Assembly (NCBI RefSeq): GCF_006345805.1
Contig: NC_043021.1
Span: 15,810,001-15,874,000, forward strand
Source of the DNA: Octopus sinensis
Taxonomy: Eukaryota
DNA: 64,000 nt
Reading direction: 5' to 3'
This document shows, piece after piece, positions 53,205 to 64,000 of the stretch. Below the pieces are notes generated by a model. The model searched no databases and was not told the origin of the DNA. It saw only the letters and a list, made by a program, of their open reading frames with translations. The position numbers and the translations under genes are program-made. The number at the start of each line of letters is the position of its first letter. The stretch's first letter is position 1.

Positions 53205-54058
53205 CTGAAACAGAGCAAAACATTTCTCTCTCCAATAAGTAAAAATCACACACAGAAAAAAAACACAAAATGCTCCAAAGTTGTACAATTGAAATGAAAC
53301 AATGTGAAACAGAATTAAAATTACTAGGAACTGAATTAAATTACTAGGAACCAAATCCTAAGACTGGCACCCAGCCATTGCCAGTGCCGCTGGACTGACT
53401 CCTGAGCAGGTGGCAAGTAAAGAAACACTGTTTCGACCCTGTGCTTGAGGAGACCTATTGAGTCAAGTACATCAACATCAAAAATCAATGGAAATTGTAG
53501 TTGTGATCCCTGTGCCGGTGGCACGTAAAAAGCACCATCTGAACGTAGCTGATGGCAGCGCCACCTTGACTGGCTTCTGTGCCGGTGGCACGTTAAAAGC
53601 ACCAACCAATCGTAGCCATTGCCAGCCTCACCTGGCACGTAAAAAGCACCCACTACACTTGACTGGCTTCCGTGCCGGTGGCACATAAAATGCACCAATC
53701 CGACCGTGGCCGTTTGCCAGCCTCACCTGGCACCTGTGCAGGTGGCACGTAAAAAGCACCCACTACACTCACGGAGTGGTTGGCGTTAGGAAGGGCATCC
53801 AGCTGTAGAAACATTGCCAGATAAGACTGGAGCCTGGTGCAGCCCTCAGTCAAACCGTCCAACCCATGCTAGCATGGAGAACGGACGTTCAACGATGATG
53901 ATGATTTACATACTTATTGCAGCAGTCCTTCAGTTTTCCTAAGCCCCATAAAAGAACTCAGATGATTGGCCTCTAACAAGGCCTTTTGCAATACCCCCTA
54001 AAGCCAGGAACATTCCACCACACCCTCATACAACAAACAGAATTCTTAAATTCCTTAC

Positions 54059-54305
54059 CTTGACTTCAATAAAATCAGGTTTACCATAATCAACAAGATT
54101 GGCGTAAGCTTCAATTTCATCGGTGTTCCAGCCCTTAACCAGAGTTAGTCGATACACCGTACGCTGTTTCTTCTCAGCCAATGCCAGAAGGCTGTCCTGA
54201 AAACGCTGCCAGAAATCACGGAAGAGTGGACGGTCTATTTTCTTAAGGCTTTCTTTATTACTTGCATCAACGCTGACATAGAGCTGAGTAACAGGTATCA
54301 AATTG
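54059..54305 (-). CDS. TYW1: TYW1 exon
   Basis: tttcag|(H)NLIPVTQLYVSVDASNKESLKKIDRPLFRDFWQRF...RTVYRLTLVKGWN...GKPDFIEVK|GTAAGG; phase 2-0. Confidence 0.96.
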
Positions 54306-56559
54306 CTGAAACATAATAATAATAATAATAATAATAATGGTAATAATTCTAATTTTAGCACAAGGTCAGCAATTTTGAGTAGAGGGGGCAAGTCAATTAT
54401 ATTGACCCTAGTATAAGCGGCGAGCTGGCAGAAGCGTTAGCGCACTGGGCAAAATGCTTAGCGGTATTTCGTCTGTCGTTACGTTCTGAGTTCAAATTCC
54501 GCCGAGGTCGACTTTGCCTTTCATCCTTTCGGGGTCGATAAATTAAGTACCAGTTACGCACTGGGGTCGATGTAATCGACTAAATCCCTTTGTCTGTCCT
54601 TGTTTGTCCCCTCTGTGTTTAGCCCCTTGTGGGTAGTAAAGAAATATATATTGATCCTAGTTCTTATTTTATCAGCCCCAAAACAATGCAAGGTAAACTT
54701 AGCCTCAATGGAATTTGAACTCAGAAGAAATGCCACGAAGCATTTTGTCTAACACACTAATAATTCTGACAGCCCATTCCCTTAATAATAATAGTAAATA
54801 TTCTGCTCAACACCACAGATTTGCTTGTCCCACAGATTTGTTTATATCCCTTTGTAGCTGACGATGTGTGCATCTCGGATCTTTACCTTTTGACCTACAG
54901 ATTTAAAAAATAATCTTTTTTAACTAAACACTTTCAAACTTCGGGCACTGGTAGAATGTGTCATATAAAACATCTTTTACTCTTAGCATTTTTGAGAAAA
55001 ACTTATATTTACGGAGTAATTTCACGTTAAAGTAGTCCTATTTTGGTAATTTCAACCAATCAATGACATGTATTCAGCTGAATAAAATTACTACTGTTGT
55101 TTGTCAACAAGAACTTCTGGCAGTGTATATTTCGTTTATCACTGTTATTTATGACAACCCTAACCCTAAAACCTTAAAGCTAAAACCAGTACAAACGCAC
55201 AAACGATGTCATTCCTAACATCAACCACAGTACAGATTGCACTGGATGCTTTCCATGTGGCACCAGCGCTGGTGATTTTTACATGGCACTGACACCAGTG
55301 GGGTTGCCAAGTAGCTTGTGAGTCAGACCTCTCAGCCGGGAGAGGGAGTGGAACTGCAGAAAATGGCTTTGTGCCAGGAGAGCGGTTAGTGTATAATAGA
55401 GGAATAGAAACAGGTGTCTTACTGTAGCAGAAGAAACACCAAAAATATTTTGTGCAATGCCCAAATGATTCTACCAATTTTAGAATAATGATTTCTTACA
55501 GTGGCAGAAGGCCAGAAATTTTATTGCAGGAGCAAAGTCTGTTGAATGAAGTGCCAGTAGAGGACTGGCACTTGTATTATTGGCTCCATAAAGGGGACAA
55601 AAGGTAAGTTCAATTTTAACAACAAGATTTTAAAGACCTACCCACCATATTCATCTTACCTGTCTTGCAAGAAATAGCAGCCAAATCTCCTTCAAATCGC
55701 ACCCTACCATCTTAATTCTTTAGCATTTACACTAGCCATATCTAGCCCAAACATTCTACTTGTTTTAAGTTCAAACTGGCCAGAGCTGCCCCCCACTACC
55801 TACCCTACAATCATCACTGTCATCATTTAACATACTTTCCGTGCTGACATAGATCGGACAGTTTAACAAGAGCTGGGAAACTAGAGGACTGCACCAAGCT
55901 CCACTGTCTTCTTTGACATGGTTTTTATGGCTGGATGCCCTTCCTAATGCCAACCACTTTACAGAGCAGAATGGGTGCCTTTTACGTGACACCAGCACCA
56001 GTCAGGTCTGCTTTGGTAGACAATGTCATCCTAAAAATAAACAGTTGCCTCATCAAAATCTCAAAGCTACAAGATAATGAATAATTAAATCAAAACAATG
56101 TGAATAAATAAGCATTTGACAGAATAATCTGAATGATAAGGAGTCCAGTGTCCGTATTATCTGTCATGTATAGTGCTTATCTATTCACACTGTTTTGAAT
56201 TAATCATGCATTATCTTGTAGCCTTGATATTTCAATCATATGACTGTTTATGTTTTGAATGACATTGTTAGGTAGGTGTGAGAGACCAGATCCGGCTACT
56301 TAAATCCTTTAGAATTCAGATATCTCTGTCATGTATAATCCTTATTTCTTTGCATTGTTTTGAATTAATCATGCATTATCTTGTAGCTTTGAGATTTCAA
56401 TGATGTGATTGTATATTTTTACAATGACATTGTTAGATAGGTGTGAGAGGCCTGATATGGCCAGTTGAATCATAAAGCAGGTAGAATATTGTGGGCCGGT
56501 TACAGCTGGTTTAAATGTTAAAGGCTTAAAAAACACTAACAATAAAAAACAATCCTTAC

Positions 56560-56737
56560 TGTATTGCATCTGGAAACTGGGCATTGGTTACAAGGAATGT
56601 TGAAATCTCTTTGTTGTGAAGGAGATCAATAAATTTATTGATTTCTGGATACATGATTGGTTCTCCGACCAATGATAAAGCGCAGTGCTTCGGTGACATA
56701 CCTTCGTTGAAACGTTCAGGTAATACACCAGGAACAC
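56560..56737 (-). CDS. TYW1: TYW1 exon
   Basis: ctccaag|(G)VPGVLPERFNEGMSPKHCALSLVGEPIMYPEINKFIDLLHNKEISTFLVTNAQFPDAI|GTAAGG; phase 1-2. Confidence 0.96.
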
Positions 56738-57159
56738 CTTGGAGAGAGGAAAAAAAAGGAAACGTCACAGTGATGACTAAAACAAAGCAAAGAATTAGAA
56801 CAAACAGGTTGACACACTGAAACACTTTTATATAACGACATGTATGCTCTTAAACGGATTGCTATATACTCAATCCAGTCCACTCAGGCACCTTTATAGA
56901 ACATACAGACATGGCTGTGGGGTTGAGTAAAAAACTTCCTAAACATATTGTTTCTGGCTCAAAACTGTGTCGTACCTTAGGCAACTGTCTTGCACTGTAT
57001 TCTCAGGCTGACAAATGACCTGTGAGTAAGTTTTATAGATTGAAACTGAAACTTCCCATTGTGTATATATATATATATATTGGTAAAAACGGTACGATAA
57101 CAAAAGAAAGAAAGAGACCTCAATATTATGTAAATAGAGGAAATAGCATTTTTCAGATG

Positions 57160-57229
57160 GCCAGATAACCGAAGGGATGGTATTGTGGATTTCCACCTCG
57201 GCATCCGAAACTCAGAGTTTTATCTTGGC
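57160..57229 (+). ncRNA. Degenerate hammerhead-like motif with extended stem II (TYW1 intron, antisense to TYW1)
   Basis: GCCAGATAA / TTATCTTGGC stem I; core CCGAAG (one nt short); GGATG...CATCC stem II; GAAACTCAGAGTT. Confidence 0.4.
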
Positions 57230-57264
57230 TATTGAATAATTGTCACGTATTATTTTACAGATAT

Positions 57265-57660
57265 AGGCGCAGGAGTAGCTATGTGGTAAGTAGCTTGCTT
57301 ACCAACCACATGGTTCCAGGTTCAGTCCCACTGCGTGGCACCTTGGGCAAGTGTCTTCTACTATAGCCTCAGGCCGACCAAAGCCTTGTGAGTGGATTTG
57401 GTAGACGGAAACTGAAAGAAGCCCGTCGTATATATGTATATATATATGTATGTGTGTGTATATGTCTGTGTGTCTGTGTTTGTCCCCCCAACATCGCTTG
57501 ACAACCGATGCTGGTGTGTTTACGTCCCAGCAGTTCGGCAAAAGAGACTGATGGAATAAGTACAAGGCTTACAAAGAATAAGTCCTGGGGTCGATTTTCT
57601 CGACTAAAGGTGGTGCTCCAGCATGGCCACAGTCAAATGACTGAAACAAGTAAAAGGGTA
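57265..57660 (+). mobile_element. tRNA-derived SINE (third family, source of the 148-bp array)
   Basis: GGCGCAGGAGTAGCTATGTGGTAAG...GGTTCAGTCCC head and (TA/TG)n middle; other copies at 61712-62100 and 35100-35500 (minus). Confidence 0.85.
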
Positions 57661-57966
57661 AAAGAATATATATATACATATATATAAATATACACGCACC
57701 TTCACAACAGAATCAGCATATACATATATATATATACATGCAACTTACCCCGTATATTACACATCTAGGCATGTAACTCCTGCAATCAACTGAGATTGGT
57801 GAGGGAGTACAATAAGTGGTATGAAGCTGTGAGACCCCAACAACCCAAGCCAACACGAAATAATGGATGTATGATAATGATGAGATATAAAAAAGGATGA
57901 CTTCAATAACTCATCCACCTTGGTGTGTGGAGTGTACGTTGAGTAAGACCAATGAGTTTCTCTTAC

Positions 57967-58076
57967 CCCTAAACTGTTTTATCATCTTGGTGTGATTTGC
58001 AATGGCCCCTTTGAAAATATATTCGGGATCGTCCATTAGCCAGCGCCATTCTGTACCGACAGGGTTTGTGTGATGT
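57967..58076 (-). CDS. TYW1: TYW1 exon
   Basis: ttgcag|(R)HHTNPVGTEWRWLMDDPEYIFKGAIANHTKMIKQFR(G)|GTAAGA; phase 2-1, consistent with neighbours. Confidence 0.96.
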
Positions 58077-58927
58077 CTGCAAGAGAACAAAGACGAATAA
58101 GAGAATAAAGATGAGAAAACAATCAGACAGGATAGCAACATCAGTAAAAGAGCCTTTGTGAGCTAATATCAACTTTGTTGTATTCCTTCGCAGTTTATAC
58201 AGAAAGACACACACACACACACCACACACACAGATAGATACATACATACATATATGGGAAGCACTCTGTCGGTTACGACAACGAGGGTTCCGGTTGATCC
58301 GAATCAACGGAACAGCCTGCTCGTGAAATTAACATGTAAGTGGCTGAGCACTCCACAGACACGTGTACCCTTAACATAGTTCTCAGGGATATTCAGCGTG
58401 ACACAGAGAGTGACAAGGCCGGCCCCTTGAAATACAGGTACAACAGAAACAGGAAGTAAGAGTGAGAGAAAGTTGTGGTGAAAGAGTACAGCAGGGATCA
58501 CCACCATCCCCTGCCGGAGCCTCGTGGAGCTTTAGGTGTTTTCGCTCAATAAACACTCACAACGCCCTATCTGGGAATCGAAACCGCGATCCTACGACCG
58601 CGAGTTCGCTACCCTAACCACTGGGCCATTGCGCCTCCATACATATATATGACAGGCTTCTTTCAGTTTCCATCTACCAGACCAACTCACACAGCTTTGG
58701 TTGGCCTGAGGCTATAGTAGTGGGACTGAATTCATTTCTACAGCTGAGTGAACTGGAGCAACGTGAAATAAAGTGTCTTGCTCAAGAACACAACACACAG
58801 CCTGGTCCGGAAATTGAACTCACTACCTCATGATTGTGAGTCCAACGCTCTAACCACTGAGCCATGCACCTTCACCACCCTATGAATACTGAGCTGATAA
58901 ATGGAGCAAACAAAAGTTTCAACTTAC

Positions 58928-59046
58928 CTCCAACAGAAGACACATTTATTGGCACAAGCTAAGCTGGGAGTGGTCTCCATACACCGGTGGCTCTCGATCC
59001 CATAGAATGTGTGTTTATAACAGCCACCACGACCTCGTAGCATCGA
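58928..59046 (-). CDS. TYW1: TYW1 exon with radical-SAM CxxxCxxC motif
   Basis: Not in the ORF track. Read by hand: ttgcag|[39 protein letters not shown](R)|GTAAGT; phase 0-2; contains CANKCVFC. Confidence 0.97.
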
Positions 59047-59175
59047 CTGCAACAATGTAGATTCAAAGGAGAGATTGAGAAAAGAGGAGGGCAGTGAGAA
59101 AGAGAGAAGTGTTGGAATGGGAAATAAAGACGTGCATCTCTATCAGACACGCCAGAACCAACACAATTATTTTCA

Positions 59176-61400
59176 TGAAATATGCAGTTTGGGTTCGTGC
59201 AAGGGAAAAGTACCACGGATGCTATATTCCTGGTAAGACAGCTGCAGGAGAAATACCTAGCCAAAGATAAGCCCCTGTACCTGGCTTTTGTTGACATGGA
59301 GAAAGCTTTTGATAGGGTCCCCCGATCCCTTATCTGGTGGTCAATGAGGAAACTAGGGATAGATGAATGGCTGGTGAGGACTGTGCAAGCCATGTACAGA
59401 GATGCCGTAAGTAAGGTTAGGGTTAGCAACATGTACACAGAAGAATTCAAAGTAGAGGTTGGGGTCCCCAGGGTTCAGTACTCAGCCCCCTCCTATTTAT
59501 CATAGTCCTACAGGCAATTACGGAGGAATTCAAGACAGGTTGTCCCTGGGAGCTCCTCTACGCTGACGACCTTGCTCTTATTGCTGAGTCACTATCAGAG
59601 CTGGAGGAGAAGTTCCAGGTGTGGAAGGAGGGTTTAGAATCGAGGGGCCTTAGAGTCAACCTAGCTAAAACCAAAGTACTAATAAGTAGGAAGGTAGACA
59701 ATCCACAAATGTCTTCAGGAAGATGCCCTGCCCGATCTGTAGAAAAGGTGTAGGTAGAAACTCTATAAGATGTACCCAGTGTAAGCTATGGACACATAAG
59801 AGGTGCAGCAATGTCAAAGGTAGGCTAACTGGGAAGATAGTTTTTGTATGTGGCAGATGCTCAGGAGCATTAACCTCCGAAAATCTGCAGAAAATAACTT
59901 CAGTCACTTTCAAGGGGAAAAACTAGAAGTAGTTGATAGCTTCCGTTATCTAGGTGACCAAGTCAGTAGTGGGGGGTGGGCGCTGAAAGTGTAACTGCTG
60001 TAGAATAAGAATAGCCTGGGCAAAGTTTAGGGAGCTCTTACCTCTGCTGGTGACTAAAGGCCTCTCGCTCAGAGTAAAAGGCAGACTGTATGATGCGTGT
60101 GTACGAACAGCCATGCTACATGGCAGTGAAACATGGGCCGTGACTGCCGAGGATATGCGTAAGCTCGTGAGGAATGAAGCCAGTATGCTCCGATGGATGT
60201 GTAATGTCAGTGTACATACTCGACAGAGCGTTAGCACCTTGAGAGAAATGAGTGTGTACCTAAGAGGCATCAGTTGTGGTGTGCAAGAGAGACGATTGCG
60301 CTGGTATGGTCATGTGGCAAGAATGGATGAAGATAGGTGTGTGAGAAAGTGCCAATCCTTAGCAGTTGAGGGAACCCGTGGAAGAGGTAGACCCAGGAAA
60401 ACCTGGGACGAGGTGGTGAAGCACGACCTTCGAACTTTAGGCTCACTGAGGAAATGACCAGCGACCGAGACCTTTGGAAATATTCTGTACGTGAGAAGAC
60501 CAGGCAGGACAAGTGAGCCCAGCCCACTTATGAATGCCTTTCCTCCCTTGGACACAAAGACCTGTTGAGGCAAGCGAAGTCGATATAGAACCTCATCCGA
60601 TGACAGGCACCCATGCCAACGAAGACATGCGAAGACATGTTGGGGAAATCGAAATCGAAGTCAAAATCGAATTGAACCAGCCAGGATCCCTGGTCTGGTG
60701 GTACGTAAAAAGCACTATCTGACTCGTGGCCGATGCCAGCGCCGCCTCCACTGGCTTCTGTGCCGGTGGCACGTAAAATACACCAATCTGACCGTACGAC
60801 AGGCACCCATGCCAACCCCCTTGCTTGCGAAGACATGTTGGGGCAAGCGAAATCGAATCGAACCAGCCAGGTTCCCTGGTCTGGTGGTACGTAAAAAGCA
60901 CTATCCGACTCGTGGCCGATGCCAGTGCCGCCTCCACTGGCTTCCGTGCCGGTGGCACGTAAAATACACTAATCTGACCGTACAACAGCCACCCATGCCA
61001 ACCCCCTTGCTTGCGAAGACATGTTGGGGCAAGCGAAATCGAAATCGAAATGAACCAGCCAGGATCCCTGGTCTGGTGGTACGTAAAAAGCACCATCCGA
61101 CTCGTAGCCGATGCCAGCACCGCCTCGTCTGGCTTCCGTGCCGGTGGCACATAAAATACACCAATCCGACCGTGGCCGTTGCCAGCCTCGCCTGGCACCT
61201 GTGCAGGTGGCACGTAAAAAGCACCCACTACACTCACGGAGTGGTTGGCGTTAGGAAGGGCATCCAGCTGTAGAAACACTGCCAGATAATACTGGAGCCT
61301 GGTGCAGCCTTCTGGCTTCCCAGATCCCCGGTCGAACCGTCCAACCCATGCTAGCATGGAGAACGGACGTTAAACGACGATGATGATGATGATGATGATG
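59176..61400 (+). mobile_element. 5'-truncated RTE-clade LINE (frameshifted RT plus 3' UTR, (GAT)n tail) in a TYW1 intron
   Basis: MQFGFVQGKSTTDAIFLVRQLQEKY, LLYADDL (~59555), LYDACVRTAMLHGSETW, RGRGRPRKTW; several frameshifts. Confidence 0.92.
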
Positions 61401-62252
61401 ACACATATACTACATTTTTGTTTTTAACTCTAACACTTTGTTGATAATATTCAAAGTCAAGGGCCCAGTCCTATAATGATTCTACTGAAGAACAGAAATG
61501 TATGATAGTGGAAGGATCAGTTTCCTTACTCATGTTAGAAACTTCCTCATTTCCTTCTAAATGAACGTAAGCAAGGTTATTATGGTTCTTGTTATATTGT
61601 GCATTTCAGGACTGGCTGTAAAATCTTACTGTCAGTAATATATGGAATTTCAGTGACCATTCAGGCATTCATGTAGCAAATAGCCAGCTTATTAAAAAAT
61701 AATTATTAGCATAGGCGTAGGAGTGACTGTGTGGTAAATAGCTTGCTTACCTACCACATGGTTCTGGGTTCAGTCCCACTGCGTGGTACCTTGGGCAAGT
61801 GTCTTCTACTATAGCCTCGGGCCAACCAAAGCCTTGCGAGCAGATTTGGTAGACGGAAACTGAAAGAAGCCCGTCGTATATATATGTATGTGTGTGTATA
61901 TGTTTGTGTCTGTGTCCCCCAACCCCACATCGCTTAACAACCAATGCTGGTGTGTTTACTTCGCTGTAACTTAGCAGTTCAGCAAAAGACACCGATAGAA
62001 TAAGCACTAGGCTTACAAAGAATAAGTCCTGGGGTCAATTTGCTCGACTAAAGGCAGTGCTCCAGCATGGCCACAGTCACATGACTGAAACAAATAAAAG
62101 AGCAACAGAAGCAGAATTAATACCCTTTCATTACCATATTTCTTTAGAAATACATTACCTTTGTTCCAATTCATTTTGAAAAACTGAAGAATTTAGTAAA
62201 ATAACTTTATCGATATCAAACTAGTATTTTGACAAAACATTTTTAATCTGGA

Positions 62253-62599
62253 CTAGCACGATGACCCGGCAACGCCGTGTCATAGTGCTAGTGCATGCAT
62301 GCACACATACATGCGAGTACTGTCCAAATCTCTGACCAATCACATACAGTTAGCTGGCATTCAATTGGCGTATCAAGTTTTGGGCATTTTGACTGGGTTT
62401 TGGATAGAAATTCACAAAAAAGTCACTTCTATTGATTTTTTAATGGCTTTGCAGGGTGACTGGGGAAATGTAAAGATGTGCACGACCACCCTTGAACGGT
62501 TTTGAATGACCATAGAAAGTGTGAGCCCTCTAACTGAAAAATTGTGGATTTGTATAAAGGACACACACACAGACATTTTGCCGTTTATATATATAGAGA
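62253..62599 (-). mobile_element. Non-autonomous Helitron-like element
   Basis: Minus strand starts TCTCTATATATATAAACGGC like the 8118 copy and ends in a hairpin plus CTAG. Confidence 0.65.
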
Positions 62600-63213
62600 T
62601 AAAACAAGAAGTCTGTATCATAGAATCAAGGCAGTTTCAGGCAGGGTGCTATCAAAACAGTTAAGGTAACACCAGAGGTAAGAATAGAACCGTTTTCCTT
62701 GATGACATGAGCTACATAGACATGTTAAGGTACAGAAAAAAAATTTTTTTTTAATGGCTTTCTGTCAGTTACTACAATGAGGGTTCCAGTTCATCTGATC
62801 AATGGAACCACCTGCTCATGAGATTAACGTGCAAGTGGCTGAGTATACCACAGACATGTGTACCTATAACATAATTCTCAGGGAGATTCAGTGCAACAAT
62901 GTGACAAAGTTGGCCCTTTTGAATTACAGGTACAATTCATTTTTGCGAGCTGAGTGGACTGGAGCAGCATGAATCATTAAAGTGTCTTGCTCAAGGAAAT
63001 GATGCGCCACCAGGAATTGAACTCATTACCTTGTGATTATGAGCTGAATACCCTAACCAAAAACCCACATGTCTTCACTATACAGAACTACACACTGCAA
63101 AGCATACACTCTCTCTCTCTCTCTCTTTCTTTCTGCCGTCTTTACAACAATGATGTCAACAATACATGACTAATATAAATACGATCAACCCAGGTTTCAT
63201 TTCAAAGACATAC

Positions 63214-63375
63214 CTTTGTCCATCGGCACAGTTTCACACCTGAATGTGTCCCAATTAAACTGTAGCCCTGCTTCTCTAAGGATTTCTTGAAAATCTCTGT
63301 AATCATTGGTTTAGGTTCCTCGTTCTTGGTCTGTTTATTTGTTGAAACAATGTAGCCGTTAATCTCTGGCTTTGT
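63214..63375 (-). CDS. TYW1: TYW1 coding exon (first in window; upstream exons lie beyond the right edge)
   Basis: AG acceptor at 63376-77 and GTATG donor; phase 0-0; TKPEING...KQGYSLIGTHSGVKLCRWTK matches the TYW1 motif preceding the radical SAM domain. Confidence 0.95.
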
Positions 63376-64000
63376 CTGTTGAAGAAAATACATAATATTA
63401 TTATAGATGTGTTCAAATGGCATGGCTGTGTGGTTAAAACATTCACTTCCCAACCATGTGGCTCTGGGTTCAGAATACAGTGTGGTGAGCTGGGAGAATC
63501 GTTAGCATGCCGGCCGAAATGCTTAGTGGTATTTCGTCTGCCGTTACATTCTGTTCAAATTCCGCCGAGGTCGACTTTGCCTTTCATCCTTTCGTGGTCG
63601 ATGAATTAAGTACCAGTTACGTACTGGGGTCGATGTAATTGACTTAATCGACTCGTCTGTCCTTGTTTGTCCCCTCTGTGTTTAGCCCCTTGTGGGTAAT
63701 AAAGAAATAGGTATTTCGTCTGCCGTTACATTCTGTGTTCAAATTCCGCCGAGGTCGACTTTGCCTTTCATCCTTTCGGGGGTCAATAAATTAAGTACCA
63801 GTTACGTACTGGGGTTGATGTAATCAACTTAATCCCTTTGTCTGTCCTTGTTTGTCCCCTCTATGTCCATCGGCACAGCTTTATTGTCCCTTGTGGGCAA
63901 TAAAGAAATAAGAATACAGTGTGGCAAACTGGGCAAGTGCTTTCTATTATGGCTCCACGCCAGCCAAAGCCTTATGATTGGATCTGGCTGACAGAAACTG

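Overview
Repeat-dense eukaryotic genomic DNA, most consistent with an octopus (inference from long TA/CA/TACA microsatellites and abundant tRNA-derived SINEs and RTE LINEs), with a 100-N gap at 11524-11623. Four genes were reconstructed by hand from splice sites and exon phases. (1) The 3' seven coding exons of TYW1 (radical-SAM wybutosine synthase, minus strand, 63375-51089). (2) A 4-exon, 176-aa orphan gene on the plus strand (34104-46573). (3) A divergently oriented 3-exon, 182-aa orphan gene on the minus strand (24106-21119), with RFX X-box-like and CRE motifs between the two orphans. (4) A signal-peptide first coding exon (5026-4826, minus) of a gene running off the left edge. The most unusual signal is a set of minimal type I hammerhead ribozyme motifs of Penelope-like-element type. 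One lies downstream of a GIY-YIG endonuclease remnant and carries a compensatory U3-A8 core. A palindromic element family made of two inverted hammerheads (C4 variant) is tandemly arrayed at 48.7-49.5 kb and nested at 15.9-16.4 kb. Also notable are an 8-unit array of a SINE head, SINE multimers with a fixed junction at five sites, and a near-identical 535-bp tandem array.
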